A program made the translations under genes and the position numbers. 64,000 nucleotides of DNA from NCBI RefSeq assembly GCF_018977255.1, contig NW_024704742.1, forward strand, positions 62,746,001 to 62,810,000. Direction: 5' to 3'. The notes below the pieces were generated by a model. It was not told where the DNA came from. It saw nothing but the letters and a program-made list of their open reading frames with translations, and ran no database searches. How positions within the stretch are numbered: position 1 is the stretch's first letter; each line of letters begins with the position of its first letter. This document shows, piece by piece, positions 1 through 13,761 of this stretch. Source of the DNA: Callorhinchus milii (taxonomy: Eukaryota).

Positions 1-2627
1 TCCCACTCCCCTTCCCGTATGGTCTTAAGGTTTAGGCATAATTATTTTCTGGCTTTTAAAGGGAAATCCTTGATAACAGCTTAAATTGATACACATCTCA
101 GAAATGTTAAAATAGTAATTGTACGTACAGGGCAGCTATTTCAATGTGTTTCTTTATAATGAATATTAAGTTGCAGTTCAGATGCCCTTCTCTGCACACT
201 GGCCCATTAATTTTCCTAAAGCTGGCCAGCATTTTCACTAAAATAGCAGACTGTCAAGTCATTAGGTTGTTGCCGATCTCATTTCCTTATTTGCAGCACA
301 TGTGCAATGCCCAAAGTGACATCAGGCCATTTTAGTTTGGTGCTGTAAACAATTGGCTGACATCTGGTTCATTTGGTCACCACCAACATCACTTCCCGCT
401 TTTTAAATTAAGTGATGGTGGTGAACAGTCGACTTGGATGTCAACCTTCTTACAAACTTAGGACCATTGTTTTGAAACTTAAAGAGTGTGCAAAATTTTG
501 GAAAACTAAAACTCTTCAATTCAGTTTTAATTTAAACTATTACTATTATTGTAATTATTCTTAAAAACAAAAATAACGACAATTGGACAAGAGAGTCATG
601 GGACTGAAACTTAGTCAGAGGATTCCAGTGATCAAGAACACTGCTCAAGGTTTTGTTTTTGCTATTACAATCTCATCAGAACCCATCAATTGCATAATAT
701 AGTCTGATGAAACACTTGGAGTCAACTGTTAGGCTGTATGTATTGAAAGCAATGTATTCCCAACTACAAAAACACACTGTTAAGTGACAAAGCCAACAAG
801 CCAAATTTAATCAACTTTAAAATCTACCTCTTTGACCATGATTGTGGCCAGCTCCACTGCACCCCCCTACCCACCCCCCACCCAACATACACACACACTT
901 TGGAATGGCATTCTAATGGTGTATTGAAATCTCCACCTTATGGATATAAGCAGCACCACAAACTCAGCTGCGCACTGTTTTCTTGGATTCCACTTTATCT
1001 GAAAATGACACATCTCAGCTTAAGTGGTGGACACTGGTTTAAACTCAACCTGAAATGAGAAGCTCTGGAAATGTTTTTTATTAAATCAACATACAAAAAG
1101 GTTTGATGTATCACGTTCTCCATTATGATATCTATCACACATAAAGTCCCATCTGTGATAGAGTTCCCTAATTATTCTGCCCAGAGGCTTTCTGAAGCTA
1201 TGCATAGCACTTTGAAGATATCAGTGGATATCTGCTTCAGTGTATACCAAGTTGAGAGAAAAACATTTTCAAATTACAAAATGTTGTTTGGCTTCATGTA
1301 TTTTTTCTAATTTGCAGTCAATGCTTATTGTTATAACCTTAGACAAGACTATTTTTCTTTTGCAACATGATATGAATGAACTGATCTTTGCAATACTAAA
1401 GGCTGAGGAAGTTTTTCGGGAAGTCTGGTTGAAATGGTTACCATGGTGTCCAGAGACTAAAGCTCATCTGTTCCTGTAACCAGGCTTTTCATCATAATCG
1501 AATGCAAGCTTCTTCCATCCTAACAACATCCCATGCTCCACTTGAAGGTGTTTAGCAGTTCACAACGTTATATGAATGAAGAAATAGCCTAATACGTTTG
1601 TTGGCTTCACACGTTGAAGAGAGAGTTACTCTGTGTTCTTTTCCCTTCGCTGAAGTGGAGGTACAGCCACAAAGGGCCTGGTAATCCCCCACCCAACAAA
1701 ATACAAGAAACTTTGTCTGATCACGCTGATGACCAACATTTTATGATACGTAATCCTTGCATTTGACATTGAGGCATCTCAAAGTGCTTCAGAAGTAATT
1801 ATTATTAAGTGTAATGGTCAATTGAAGGCAAATGTGACTGTCAGTTTACTCATGGATAAAATCCCACTAATAGCCATCAGGTGAATGTACAATTAATCTT
1901 GAGGATAACTCTGTTTTTCTTTTGAATAGTGATTTGAGATCTTTAACGTCTTTAACGATTGAATGTCTCACCCATAGGACAAAACAGTTCTCCCTCAGTA
2001 CATCGTTGTTAACCTGGATTGTGAGCCCAAGTCCTGATTTTGGATTATTTTAGAGACAAGAGCTAAAATATCTATGGAAAACAAATACCACATGCTTGAC
2101 AACCGGCAATATCTGACCACCTAAACCAGGCAGATACTGATGTATATGCATACTCACATGGTTCAAGAACACAGATTCATTATCATGGAGGGGATACCTC
2201 AGAAGCCTAACAACGACACACAACAAAGGGGTTACCTGGTCCCGCTGCCGGTGTCATGTCGCCCCTCTTCCGAGCATTTGTCTTTACAATCTCCCCTGCT
2301 CTATACTCAACTAACGCACTTGGTCAGCCATGTGGCCTAGGGTCAAGGCTCTTTGTTCCCTTATCCCTCCTGGGCCAGGAGCTGCTTCCTGGATCCGTAG
2401 AGACAAAGAGAGCTCTGAGAGCTCGGTCATTCCTTTTATGTGGCACAGATTCCATGCTCTCTCAACAAGACTAAGAACTTGGATTTCTATAACCCTTTAT
2501 GTAGAATAACATTTTGGATTGCTGTTCCATGGCAGGGTTGGATGAGAAAGCGAGAAGAGGGAGAGGGAGGTTACCATATAGGCACAATCAAAAAGGTAGG
2601 TTTCCAGGTGTGATTTAAAGATGGACA

Positions 2628-2995
2628 ATAATCCCTGCATTTGATATAGCACCTTATCACATCATTATGACATCTCAAATCGCTTCACAGAATATATTCT
2701 AAAGTGGATTGACTGTGTATTTTGTGGGTGAAATGCGGAAGTCAATTGTGCACAGCAGTGTCCCACAAACAGTCATGGATTAAATGACCAAAATTATATA
2801 TTTGTTTATTTGAAGGGATTATTATCCCCGGAAAGCTATCTGACAATTGACTAATAATAGGGTTCTTGCTTACTGCTTGGTAAACAGAAGCGTGTGGAAT
2901 AAGAAAACTTGCCTGAGGTTTTGCACTGCCCCAGAATCGAACCCGGATCCTCTTGTTTGAGAAACGAACATATTAATCACTGCGCTATACGATTC
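2628..2995 (-). mobile_element. tRNA-derived SINE family A (long form)
   Basis: A/B-box head (GGTTCGATTC), central TGTTTACCAAGCAGTAAG, L2-like tail. Confidence 0.8.
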
Positions 2996-3206
2996 AAAAT
3001 AAAGAGGGACACCCAAAGGCCCATGGATGCCTCCTTCCTCACCATCAGGTCTCATGAACAGTTTAAATGTGTTTCTGCCTCTGAATTATCTCTGAATATA
3101 CTGCATCACCCAGCATGTACAGAAGTCAAGTGGATTGGAAATTAAACAAAATTAAACTTAATTTTCTGCTACATCTTGATTTGATGAAGCTGGATCAATA
3201 GGTTAA

Positions 3207-4281
3207 CAAAACAACAAGATTATATTTGTATAGCGCCTTTCACAGCGGGAGGATGTTCCAAGGTTTGGACAGTGTACAGCATTTCAGATCCGAGCTGGGG
3301 TTGGGGGGGAGAAGGGAGGGGAGGGGAAGGGGGGTGACCGATGGCATGGTCGAAGAGGAGGGTTTTGAGGTGGGATTTGAAGGAGGCTAAGGAGGGGGTG
3401 AGGCGGAGTGACTGGGGATGGAATTCCAGAGGTTGGGGGCAGAGTGGCTGAATGCTCTTCCGCCAATGGTGGGGCGGGTGGGTCGGGGGATGTGGAGCAG
3501 GCCGGAGCCGGCTGAGCGGAGGGATCGGGCGGGTAGGTAGGCTGTTAGGTGGTTGCAGAGGTAGGGTGGGGCGAAGCCATGGAGGGCTTTGTAGGTTAGG
3601 ACCAGGATCTTGAACTGGATCCTCTGAAGGATAGGGAGCCAATGGAGTCAGGCGAGAATGGGGGAGATGAGATCATGGAGTTTGGTGCGGGAGAGGACAC
3701 GGGCTGCAGAGTTCTGGATTATCTGCAGCCTGTGGAGGGAGGAGTTGGGAAGGCCGACAAGCAGGACATTTGCATAGTCGAGCCTGGAGGTGATGAAGGC
3801 ATGAACAAGAGTTTCAATGACCTGAGGGGTGAGGTAGTGGCGGAGTCGGGTGATGTTATGGAGGTGAGGGAAGGCAGAGCAGGTCATGGCTTGGATGTGG
3901 GGAAGAAAAGACAGTTGAGGGTCGAACAAGACACCTGAGTTCCTGACTGGCGGTGAGTTGCAGTGTGCAACCATGGAGGTTGATGCTGCCAGAGCCTGAA
4001 GTGCTGAGGCACTGGCACGAGCCAATCAGGAGGGCCTCAGTCTTGTTCACACTCAACTGTAGGAAATTTGCCCTTATCCAGGACTTGATGTCCGACAGGC
4101 AGTCTGTCAGGACAGCAGTGGCCCTGGAGTTGAGGGTGGAGGTAGAAAAATAGAGTTGGGTGTCATCCGCATACATGTGGAAGTTGACCTCATGTCTGCA
4201 GATGATGTTACCAAGGAGGAGCATGTAGATATTAAAGAGGAGAGGGCCAAGGACAGAGCCCTGGGGGATGTCAGATGTGAC
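3207..4281 (-). mobile_element. L2 LINE, 3' part of host element A
   Basis: RT motifs PQGSVLGP and [20 protein letters not shown]; 3' tail AAGGCGCTATACAAAT followed by (TTG)n; frameshifted. Confidence 0.92.
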
Positions 4282-6134
4282 AACAACAACAACAAAATTA
4301 CATTTATAGAGCGCCTTTCACGTCCCAAAGCACTGTCCCAAAGGTGTCGGGGCCCGAGCATGGGGGAGGGGTGGTGTAGGGGTGAGGGAAGGAGGAGGAG
4401 AGTTGGGAGGGAAACCTAAGGCATGGTTGAAGGGAAGGTTCTTGAGACAGGCCTTGAAGGAGGCAAGGGAGGAAGCGAGGCAAAGGGACTCTGGGATGGA
4501 GTTCCAGAGTGTGGGGGCAGAGAGGCTGAAAGCCCGGCCACCGATGGTAGGGCGGGTCGGGTAAGAGCCATGGAGCAGGCCGGAGCCTGATGAATCGAGG
4601 GAGAGGGCAGGTTGGTAGGGAATCAGCAGGTCAGAGAGGTAGGAGGGGCAAAGCCATGGATGGCCTTAAAGGTGTGGACGAGGATCTTGAACTCAACCCT
4701 CTGTGTATGGGGAGCCAGTGGAGTTGGGTGAGGGTGGGAGTGATGGGGTCACGGAGTCTGGTGCGTGAAAGTACATGAACTGTAGTGTTTTGGATGATCT
4801 GCAGCTTGTGAAGGGAAGAGTTGGGAAGGCCTATGTGGAGGGAGTTCCCGTAATCGAGCCTTGATGTGACGAATGCGTGGGTGAGGGTTTCGGAGCCTGA
4901 GGGGTGAGGCAGTGGCAGAGTCTGGCAATGTTGCGGAGGTGATGGTAGGCAGTGCCGGTCATGGCGTGGATGTGGGGGAGAAAGGACAGTTCAGGGTCAA
5001 ACAAGAAACCCAGGTTCGTGACTGGCTTAGTGAGGTTGAGTGTGAAGCCTTAGAGGCTGATGCTGCCAGCGCCCAAGGTGGGGAGGCGCTGGCATGAGCC
5101 AATCAGGAGGGCCTCAGTCTTGCTGACATTGAGTTGGAGAAACTTGGCCTACGTCCAGGACTTGATGTCGGACAGGCAGTTGGTCAGGACGCCAGTAGTT
5201 CTGGAGTTCAGGGTGGAGGCAGAGAGGTAGAGTTGGGTGTCATCTGCATACATGTGGAAATTTACCCCATGTCTGTGGATGGTGTCACCAAGCGGAAGCA
5301 TGTAGAGGGTGAAGAGGAGGGGACTGAGGACACAGCCCTGAGGACCATTGCACAAGACGGTGCGGGGGCTGGAGGAAAAGCCATTTGCCATGACGAAGTG
5401 GAGGCAGTGTGAAAGGTAGGACCTGAACCAGTCAAGGATAGAACCTTGAAGGTTGAGGTGGGAGGAAAGCCGGTGGAGGAGGATTGAGTGGTCCATGGTG
5501 TCAGAGGCAGCGGAGAGAACGAGGAGGACGAAGAGGCAGAGGGAGCCCTGGTCACACATGGTCAGGATGTCGTTTGTGACCTTGACCAAAGCAGTTTCCG
5601 TGCTGTGGGCAGCACAGAAACCCGATTGGAGGGGTTCATGGAGGGAGTGAGAGGAGAGGAAAGAGCGAAGCTTGGAGGCAACGGCTCTCTCAAGGACCTT
5701 GGATAGGAAGGGGAGACTTGAGATGGGCCGGAAGCTGGATGGCTGTGATGGGTCGAGGGAAGGTTTCTTCAAGGTGGGTGTGACAGTGGCAGTTTTGAGG
5801 GGGGAAGGAACTGTGCCAGATGACAGGGAGAGATTAATGATATCAGCGAGTAGTGGGGCAAGAAGGTGGAGCTGGGATTTAAGGAAAAGGGTAGGGATGG
5901 GGTCCAGGGAGCAGGTGGTGGACTTCATGGAGGTTACCGTGTTGAAGACAGAGGAGGAGGTGAAAGGTTCAAAGGTGTGGAAGGAGGGATGGATAATTGT
6001 CAGATGGCTAATTGTGAGGGGTTGGGGTAGGGAGGGGATGGAAGTTGGGGGGGCAGTGGCAGCTGAGTGGATTCCCTCGATTTTGGACAAGGAAGTTCAG
6101 CATTTCTTTGCAGTGAGAGTCAGAGGAAAATATC
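4282..6134 (-). mobile_element. L2 LINE B (5'-truncated) inserted into element A
   Basis: (CAA)n tail at 4281; ORF 5149..6090 with [33 protein letters not shown]. Confidence 0.92.
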
Positions 6135-6950
6135 TGACTGTGTGGAGGCTGGAGGAGAAACCGTTGGAGGCAACAAAGTGGAGACAGTGAAAGAGATAGG
6201 AATCGAACCAGGCAAGGGCAGATCCGTGAAGAATGAATAAAGTGGAAAGGCGGTGTATGAGGATTCAGTGTCGAAGGCAGCAGAGAGGTCAAGGAGGACA
6301 AGTTTGCAGAGGCAGCTCTAATCACAGATGTTCAAAATGTCATTGTGACTTTGACCAGGGCTGTTTCAGTGCTATGGGCAGTGCGGAAGCCGGATTTGAG
6401 GGGTTCAAAGAGGGAATGGCGAGAAAAAAGGAGCGGAGCTGGGACGTGATGACTTGTTCCAGGACCTTGGAGAGGAATGGGAGGTTACAGATGGGGCGGT
6501 AGCTGGAGAGGAGGGATGGGTTCAGGGAAGGTTTTTTCAAGATCGGGGTGATGACGGCTCTTTTTAGGGGGGTGGGAACTGAACCGGTGGACAAGGAGAG
6601 GTTGATGATGTCAGACCGGAGAAGGGCCCGAAGGTGGAGTTGAAAGATGAGGAGAGAGGTGGGGATGGGATCGAGGAGCAGGTGGTGGGTTTGAGTTTGC
6701 GGACAGTCGTGGTGAGGGAGGAGGGAGAGATAGGATCGAAGGAGGAAAGGGGGAATGGGTGGGGGGTGGGTCATGAGGGAGAGGTGATGTGGGGGTGGCT
6801 GTGAACGGGGCTGAGGTGGCTGAACATATCCCCTCGATTTTGGATTCGAGGAAGTCCAGCGTCTCCTCACAGCTGGAGTTTGAGGAGAGGATGGGCAAGG
6901 CATGGGAAGGTGGACGGAGGAGACGGTTTGTGGTGGAAAAGAGAAGCCTG
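6135..6950 (-). mobile_element. L2 LINE, 5' continuation of host element A
   Basis: YRPICNLPFLSKVLE, LLDLSAAFDT, WFDSYLFHCLHFVASNGFSSSLHTV, which joins TSDIPQG at 4281. Confidence 0.88.
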
Positions 6951-8789
6951 TCCCCTTACAAAATTTCTGTCTGGCTCTGTTATGTAAACATATTAGCAAC
7001 ATTTACAAAGTTGTGGTTATTTTTAGAACCGTGAAGTGAATCTCTGAGTACGTGTTGATCTGTGACTGATTGTATTTGCAAGTACTGTATGTCAAAATGC
7101 TCTGCAGTCTGCCTGGCTGGGATCAGTTATGCTTGTGTAGTTACAGTGAGGCCTTATCACATCAAAATGGTAGTAATGCATAATATACCACAGTACATAC
7201 CAATTTCAACAACCTCGAAGGTGAAAATAAAATGGTTAGAGATACTTCAAGGCTGATTTCAGTCTTGATGTTACTTCCTATTAGATAAAAGGTCTGTTCT
7301 ACTGTAACCCATCTGTGTTTAGATCAGTCTGTTTTCACACCTTCAAATGGACATAGCACTAAATTAAGACTTTAGAAATCTATAAGACTGAAGGGAATTT
7401 CAACATTACTTTTTAGCAATAGTGGATTGCAAATGATTTTGTGCTTTCACAATAATATAATCACAAAGCACAACAAGCTGGTAATGCTTTTCAGTGACTG
7501 AGAAATTGCTCAAAACTGATATCAAGCCTTCAAAGAGATAGAACACATTAAAATGTGTGAGTACAACTTTAGAATGTGCGATTTAATAAAACCACAGATT
7601 TTTTCTATTTGGCTACTCTAAGTACATTACTCCTCTATTCTGGTAGAAAGATTACAGGAAAATACATGATGGAAACATAGAATGCCAGGGAGATTTGTAG
7701 TTCATAATTCACACTACTGAATAATGATAAAATCCATGCTTGGAATCTTTTTTCAAAAAACGAACAAGACCCAAGCCCTACTTCTTGATCAGTAATAAAA
7801 TGATTCCCAGGGTTGAGAGAGGGTGGCTTTCATTGTGAATCAGAGGGTTGAGGGATTAAAACAAATACAATTACAAAATATTAATTTAGAAGTCATTGTA
7901 GCAGCTGTTACTTAATTCAGATTGTCTCTCACCTTCAAATCAAAGATGGTGTTTAATTCCTCTGTTTCTGTTAACTGGGTGTCTGACACATTCAGGACCC
8001 ATCCCCATTCTTCAGCATGTCCAAACTAGACAAAGTTTCCCATGAGTATGCCACTTACACACCACGCTGGGCAGGAGCGAGGGGGGAAAGGAGAGGTCAC
8101 TTCATTCTCCTGTTTCATTGTAAACCAGTGCTACATGACCAGTTTATCATGAAGCAATTTTCCAAATTCCTGCATGATAATACAATACAGTTTACTTTTA
8201 TATGGCAGCCTCATGTCGGGAGGACATCTCAAAGAGCTTGACATTGCTGGCTGGGCACCCAAGCTAGGTTTAGGAGCAAAAAATGTAAGAGCTCTCTCCT
8301 TGGAGAATAAAATAGCTTCTGTCCCTTAGGTTCACATCAGATGTTGGTTGTCATTTTCAAAACAAAATGTAAAGGGACACATGAACTAGCTCTGTGTTCT
8401 TAAGTCAGTCTCTTCATTGTTCTCCTTCTTTGGGTTTTTTAAGCTTATTTTATCCTTTGTAGGCCTTCATTGACTTTGCTCCTCAGCTTAATGAGCTTGT
8501 TGGCCAGCAAACATTGGTGGGTTTCCTTCTCCCTCATGCTGTTGCTAAGCTTATTGCTATCTGTGAGGTCCAGATCCCAGCACTAAAGAAGCTGCACTTG
8601 AATTTTGCCAGAAGTGGAGAGGATTATGTTAGTGATGTACCTTATGGTTCAAGCATGCTCAATGTAGAAAAGGATAGAAATGGGTAAACAAACCACAAAG
8701 TAAGGTTAAAATACAACTGAGTTATCATTACTCTAAGGATTAAATGCTGAAGAAATATTTTTTTTTACCCCATCCAGACCCCATATCAA

Positions 8790-9890
8790 CCTGTCCGCTC
8801 CCTCTGCTCACCAGGCTCCGGCTTGCCCTACCATTGGTGGTTGGGCCCTCAGCCTCTCTTCCCCCAACCTTTGGAACTCCATCCCACAATCCCTTCAATT
8901 TGCACCCTCCCTTGACTCCTTCAACATCAACAACAAATTATACTTGCATAGTGCTCTTCATGTTGGGAAGACATCCCAGGGTGCTGGATAGTCAGCAGGG
9001 TTTTGGACCTGAGCGGGAGTTGGAGTCAGAAGGGGAGGAGGGCAGGGGGGGTGATAATGTGGCCGAACAGGATTTGAAATAGGCAAGAGAGTGGTTGAGG
9101 TGGAGGGATTGCGGGATAGAGTTCCAGTGTGAGGACAGAGATGCTGAATGCCTGACCAACAATGATGGGGCGGGAAATGCGGGGGACCTGAAGCAGGCTG
9201 GTGTCTGCTGAATGGGGGGATCGGATAGCCTGATATGGGGTTAGGAGATCAAGGAGGTAGGGGGGAGGAAGAACATGGAGGGCCTTGAATGTAAGAACAA
9301 GGGTTTTGCCCTCAACTCTCTGAGTAATGGGGAGCCAGTGAAGCAGGACAAGAACAGGGGTGATAGGTTCCTGGAGTCTGGTGAGAAGAGGATATGAGCT
9401 GCAGAGTTCTGAAAAATCTGCAACTTGTGGAGGGAAGAATTGGGAAGTCCAGTGAGCAGGCCATTGACATCGTCAAGCCGGGATGTAATGAATGCCGGGA
9501 TCACGGTCTTGGCGGCCTGCGGTGTGAGGCAGTGGCAGAGACAGGCAATGTTGCAAGGTGTGGAAAGGCGGAACGGGTCACGGCACAAATGTGGAGTTTG
9601 AAGGATAGCTGAGGTTTGAAAAGGACACTGAGGTTTCAGATTGGCTCGATGAGGTGAAGAGTGCAACATGAATGGTGATAGTGTCAGCGGCTGAGGTGAG
9701 GAGGCTCTGCCGGGGGCCAAGCAGGAAGAGTCAAGATCCTCCTCTTTCACCACACCTTCGGCCAGCCTCCTACCTCTACCCTCCCTGACCTCCACCCCTC
9801 CTGATCTCTAACACCCTGCTCGGGTCCAAACCTCTGACTGTTCAGCACCTTGGGACGCCCTCCTGACGTAAAATACGCCACACAAAGTGG
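8790..9890. mobile_element. L2 fragments: minus-strand element about 8925-9740 flanked by plus-strand L2 3' pieces
   Basis: [33 protein letters not shown]2-type tails. Confidence 0.8.
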
Positions 9891-10559
9891 GAGCACTTTC
9901 AATCATTCTGCCCTACTATCTAGACCAATTTTTTGTGATATTCTATTGTACAGTAATATAAGAAGTTTATTTTTTCAGCATGTTCAATGAGGGGAAAGCT
10001 TACTAGAGAACAGTAGAAATGGACATATTCCAAACTATGCCCATTGATGAGTTAATAAGCATTAAAGTATTAAAGATATTGTACACCAAATACAATTTAA
10101 TTATTGCCTCTGCAGCTGAACAAAATTGGTAAATAATACAAGCTCAACTTGCACTCAACAATGGGATCCAATAAATCTGATTCATAAACTGGACTTTGCT
10201 GACTTCCAGGTTTGACAATTCACCATTTGAGAATCTGATAATCAGATATTCCCATCACAAGATCCAGAATAACGTGACAAAATGTTTAAAATTAACGCTT
10301 ACTTCTCTACCCCACCCCAACATTCAGCTGAAAGTTTTGGTTGAATGGTCTTATCGCTCCTGACAAGAGTGTATGAACATGCTACATTAGTCTTCACAAT
10401 GTACTTTCATTCTTTTCTCTTCCTTCTGTAGTGAACACCCAATTTATGCTGGAAATCAGAAATTCTTAAATTCTGCAATATGTATAATAAATGGAAGTTC
10501 CATTCATACAGTGCTGTTTCACACATGATATTATCTTAGAACACTACATAGTGAAGGGG

Positions 10560-10900
10560 TTAAATGCCGAGCAAGGGAGATGGGGAGCAGGAGGTCACTT
10601 TCGGCACAGACACAGAAATAGGTTTCAAGTGGGATTTAAAGATAGATAAAACGGAGGTGAGACAGGGATTGGGGGAGCAGTGGGTAAAGCTCAGCCACTG
10701 ATAGTGGAGCGGAAGTCTTAGGGAGGCCTGAGTTAGCTAACTGAAGAGGACAGGGACAGAAGAGTGGGGTATGAGCAGGTAAGAGAGGTACGGAAGTGCT
10801 TGGGCGAGTCAGGATTTGTGTGTGAGGAAGGGGATCTTGCAGTTGATTCATTTAGAGACAGGGAGCAGGCAAAGCTGGGCGAGAATTGGGGTGATAGGTG
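10560..10900 (-). mobile_element. Old L2 3' fragment
   Basis: Purine-rich similarity to the other L2 3' ends in the window. Confidence 0.55.
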
Positions 10901-11477
10901 TGCATAGCCTCAACTGGAATAACCATCCACTGTCTTACAATCCTCAAGTCAAGATTCTGCAATTTCAGCAATCCTACATTCAGATTTTTTTTGCAACAAT
11001 GCCCTTTAATTTAATCTTGTTATAACACGAATTCCCTCCAGAAGTAGGTGCAGCTTTCCTAAATTGTATAAATTGGGCATTAATGAATCAGAGGGTTTTC
11101 AATCAGGAAAGTATCAGCTTGGGGACAGCTCCGACTTAATTTGCAAACTGCAGACAATACAAATTAAGCCTATTCTGATTTACCTGAATAAGTCAAATTA
11201 ATGAAACATTTGCAAATGTCTTTCCTTTTAAGAAGTGGATACTACATTTTTAAAAAGTTCGCCCACAAATACACTTCACAGCAAAAAACAGTGAATAGCT
11301 TGGAGTCATATTAATGATATGATAAGCCATTATATCAAATATAAGGATGATTATTATTATTGTATTGATGTTCACTTGATCTGATTCATTTCTCTGATTC
11401 CAGTGTTGGTCCAGGAGTTAATGGTGATTCGGTGGTATTGTGTGGTTGCTTCTCTGGTATAGGGTTGCTTGGTTTTA

Positions 11478-11910
11478 GCCTGTCTCATTTGGTAGCTGTC
11501 CCACTTATGAGTCAGAAGGTTGTGGGATCAAGCCCCGTGTCAGGACTTTTGAACTCCCAGTCTAGGTTGACACTCGAATGCAGTGCTGGTGGTATGCTGC
11601 ATTGTTAGATGTGATGTCCTTCAGATGAGACATTAAACTGAGGTCCAGTCTACCTGCCCAGATGGATTTTAACAATCCCATGGCACTACTGGAAGGAGAA
11701 GGGAGTTTCTCCTGATTTTCTGGCCAACAATTCCTCCAAAGAAAACTGGCCATTCACTTCATGGCTATTCATGGGACATTACTTTTTGAAAATTAGCTGC
11801 CCATTTACCTACAAAATACACAGTCACTACATTTTACAATATTTTCTGCAAAACACTTTGAGACATACTCCTGATTTGAAAAGCACTAAGTCAAATGTAA
11901 GGATTGTTTG
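11478..11910 (+). mobile_element. tRNA-derived Deu-domain SINE (family B)
   Basis: GTCCTTCAGATGAGACATTAAAC ... ATCCCATGGCAC ... TGGCCAACAATTCC resembles the DeuSINE core. Confidence 0.78.
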
Positions 11911-12334
11911 CCTTATCTGAAGCATCTTTCTTGAGAGAGATCTGAGAACTGTCCTTCCATACAATCAACTCTCCCAGATGTTTAAAGGCACATTTTTCTG
12001 CGTCTATAGGGTTCGACAATTTTGACAATCTTGTGCGGGCTTTTCCCTCAGAATGCAAAAAAAAAACCTTGGCTTTCTGATTTCAGATCTCAACACTTTG
12101 TAAATCATTAGAAATCCTCATTCCATGTCAAGGGCTATGCCAGATCCTTGTGTGACATATCTAGAGTTATGACAAGCCATTATTGTTTCGGTAAAATAAT
12201 GGAGTGAAATGAGTGATATGTGATGTGATATTTGTCACTGGTTATCCTTAGCACATCACATTTCATTTTTCAGCCCATTCTTTGAAGGATTCAAGAACAT
12301 CCACAAATTATTAATTATACACTATAGATTTGTT

Positions 12335-12706
12335 TCAGGTTCGCGCAGTGATAGCATTCTCGCCTCTGCGTCACAAGGTTGTGGGTTGAAGTCTAAGCTG
12401 ACACTCCAATGCAGTGCTGGAGGTGTTTTGCATTGTCATGGGTGCCGTCCTTCGGATGAGCCGTTAAACCAAGGATCTGTCTGCCTGTTCAGATGGATAT
12501 TAAAGATCCCCTGACACAATTTGAAAAAAGGGGAAGTTTCTCCCCGTGTCCTGGTCAATCCCCACAAAATAAAACTGGTCACTCACTCCATGCCTGTTTG
12601 TGGGATTTTGCTGTGCACAAACTGGCTGCCAACTTCACAGTTTATCTTGAGAAACACTTTGAGATGTCTTGACAACATGCACTGTATCAAATGCAGGGAT
12701 TATTAT
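12335..12706 (+). mobile_element. Deu-domain SINE (family B)
   Basis: GCCGTCCTTCGGATGAGCCGTTAAACC ... TAAAGATCCC ... GTGTCCTGGTCAA. Confidence 0.8.
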
Positions 12707-13152
12707 CATATTATTTACATTCATGTAACCAAAGAATGTTTGTTGCAAAACTATTTTAGGGTATTTTTAAGCCATCACAGAAAAGATACTGCATTCTGGT
12801 TAGATTTATACTCACTGTCATATTTTGCTAAGTCATGCATTTAATGCTTAGTCTTCTACTCTTTTGCACCAACAACATTGTCTATCAGTGAAAATAAATG
12901 TCAGTGGATTTTCAGTGATTCAGATCCTTTTTCAAGAAAGGAAAAATGAGAACTTTCTTATAAAATCCAGTCTATAAAAACCCTCTGAGCATTTTTAAAT
13001 TGTTAAATAATGACAATGTAAACAGAGTCATTCTTCAACTTTTAAAGGAACATTGGACTGAAATGACTGCACCAAGTGTAGACCGATACTACTTTGCTTC
13101 ATACTACTTTGGTTGCTCTTCCCAAACCTTGGCTCTTGCCATCCTGCAGCTA

Positions 13153-13461
13153 GTGGAGCCCAGTAGCTCAGTGGTTAGAGCACTCGGCTCACAGGCAAGA
13201 GACCTGGGTTTGATTCCCAGCAGGGCGAAATCTTGTTTCCTTACTCCACAGGCCTGATAATAATCCCTCAAGAAAAAAAAAGAAAAAAAATTGGTCATTT
13301 CAATCCACGACTGTTTGTAAGATACTACTGTGTGCAATTGACTGCCGCGTTTCACCCACAAATATAGTCAATTCACCTTAAAGTATATTCTGTGAAGTGC
13401 TATGAGACGTCTAGAAGATATGAAAATCGCTATGTCAAATGCAAGGATTATTATTATTATT
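13153..13461 (+). mobile_element. SINE family A (short form)
   Basis: GTAGCTCAGTGGTTAGAGC ... GGTTTGATTCC head; (ATT)n tail. Confidence 0.85.
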
Positions 13462-13761
13462 AGCTAATTCTTTCTGGCATCAAGAAAGCAGGGTTCGACC
13501 CCATGGGGATGAGGGTGCTCTCAATTTCAGAAACAGGGGAATTTCCAATCACATGTGGTCTTTGTTTACATGGCAATGGGTTTCTGGGCTGACCAAAAAA
13601 AACTCCCACTATTGCATTTTCTACTTATCTATTATATTTACATTTACCACTTTCCAATTGCCTCCATTCTCTCTTCTTGACAGCAGCCCATTGACAATGT
13701 GTTAGCAAATCATTATGATAACAATGATAACAGTATATCAACAGCAACTTGCATTCATCTG

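Noticed and set aside
5149..6090. 313-aa ORF as a functional reverse transcriptase gene
   Set aside because: It is part of a 5'-truncated L2 with a premature stop, degenerate motifs and no endonuclease domain.
13153..13230. tRNA gene (also the similar heads at about 18140-18217, 36340-36411, 43660-43737 and 60600-60665)
   Set aside because: Each continues into a SINE body and tail, and the copies are mutually diverged; they are SINE heads.
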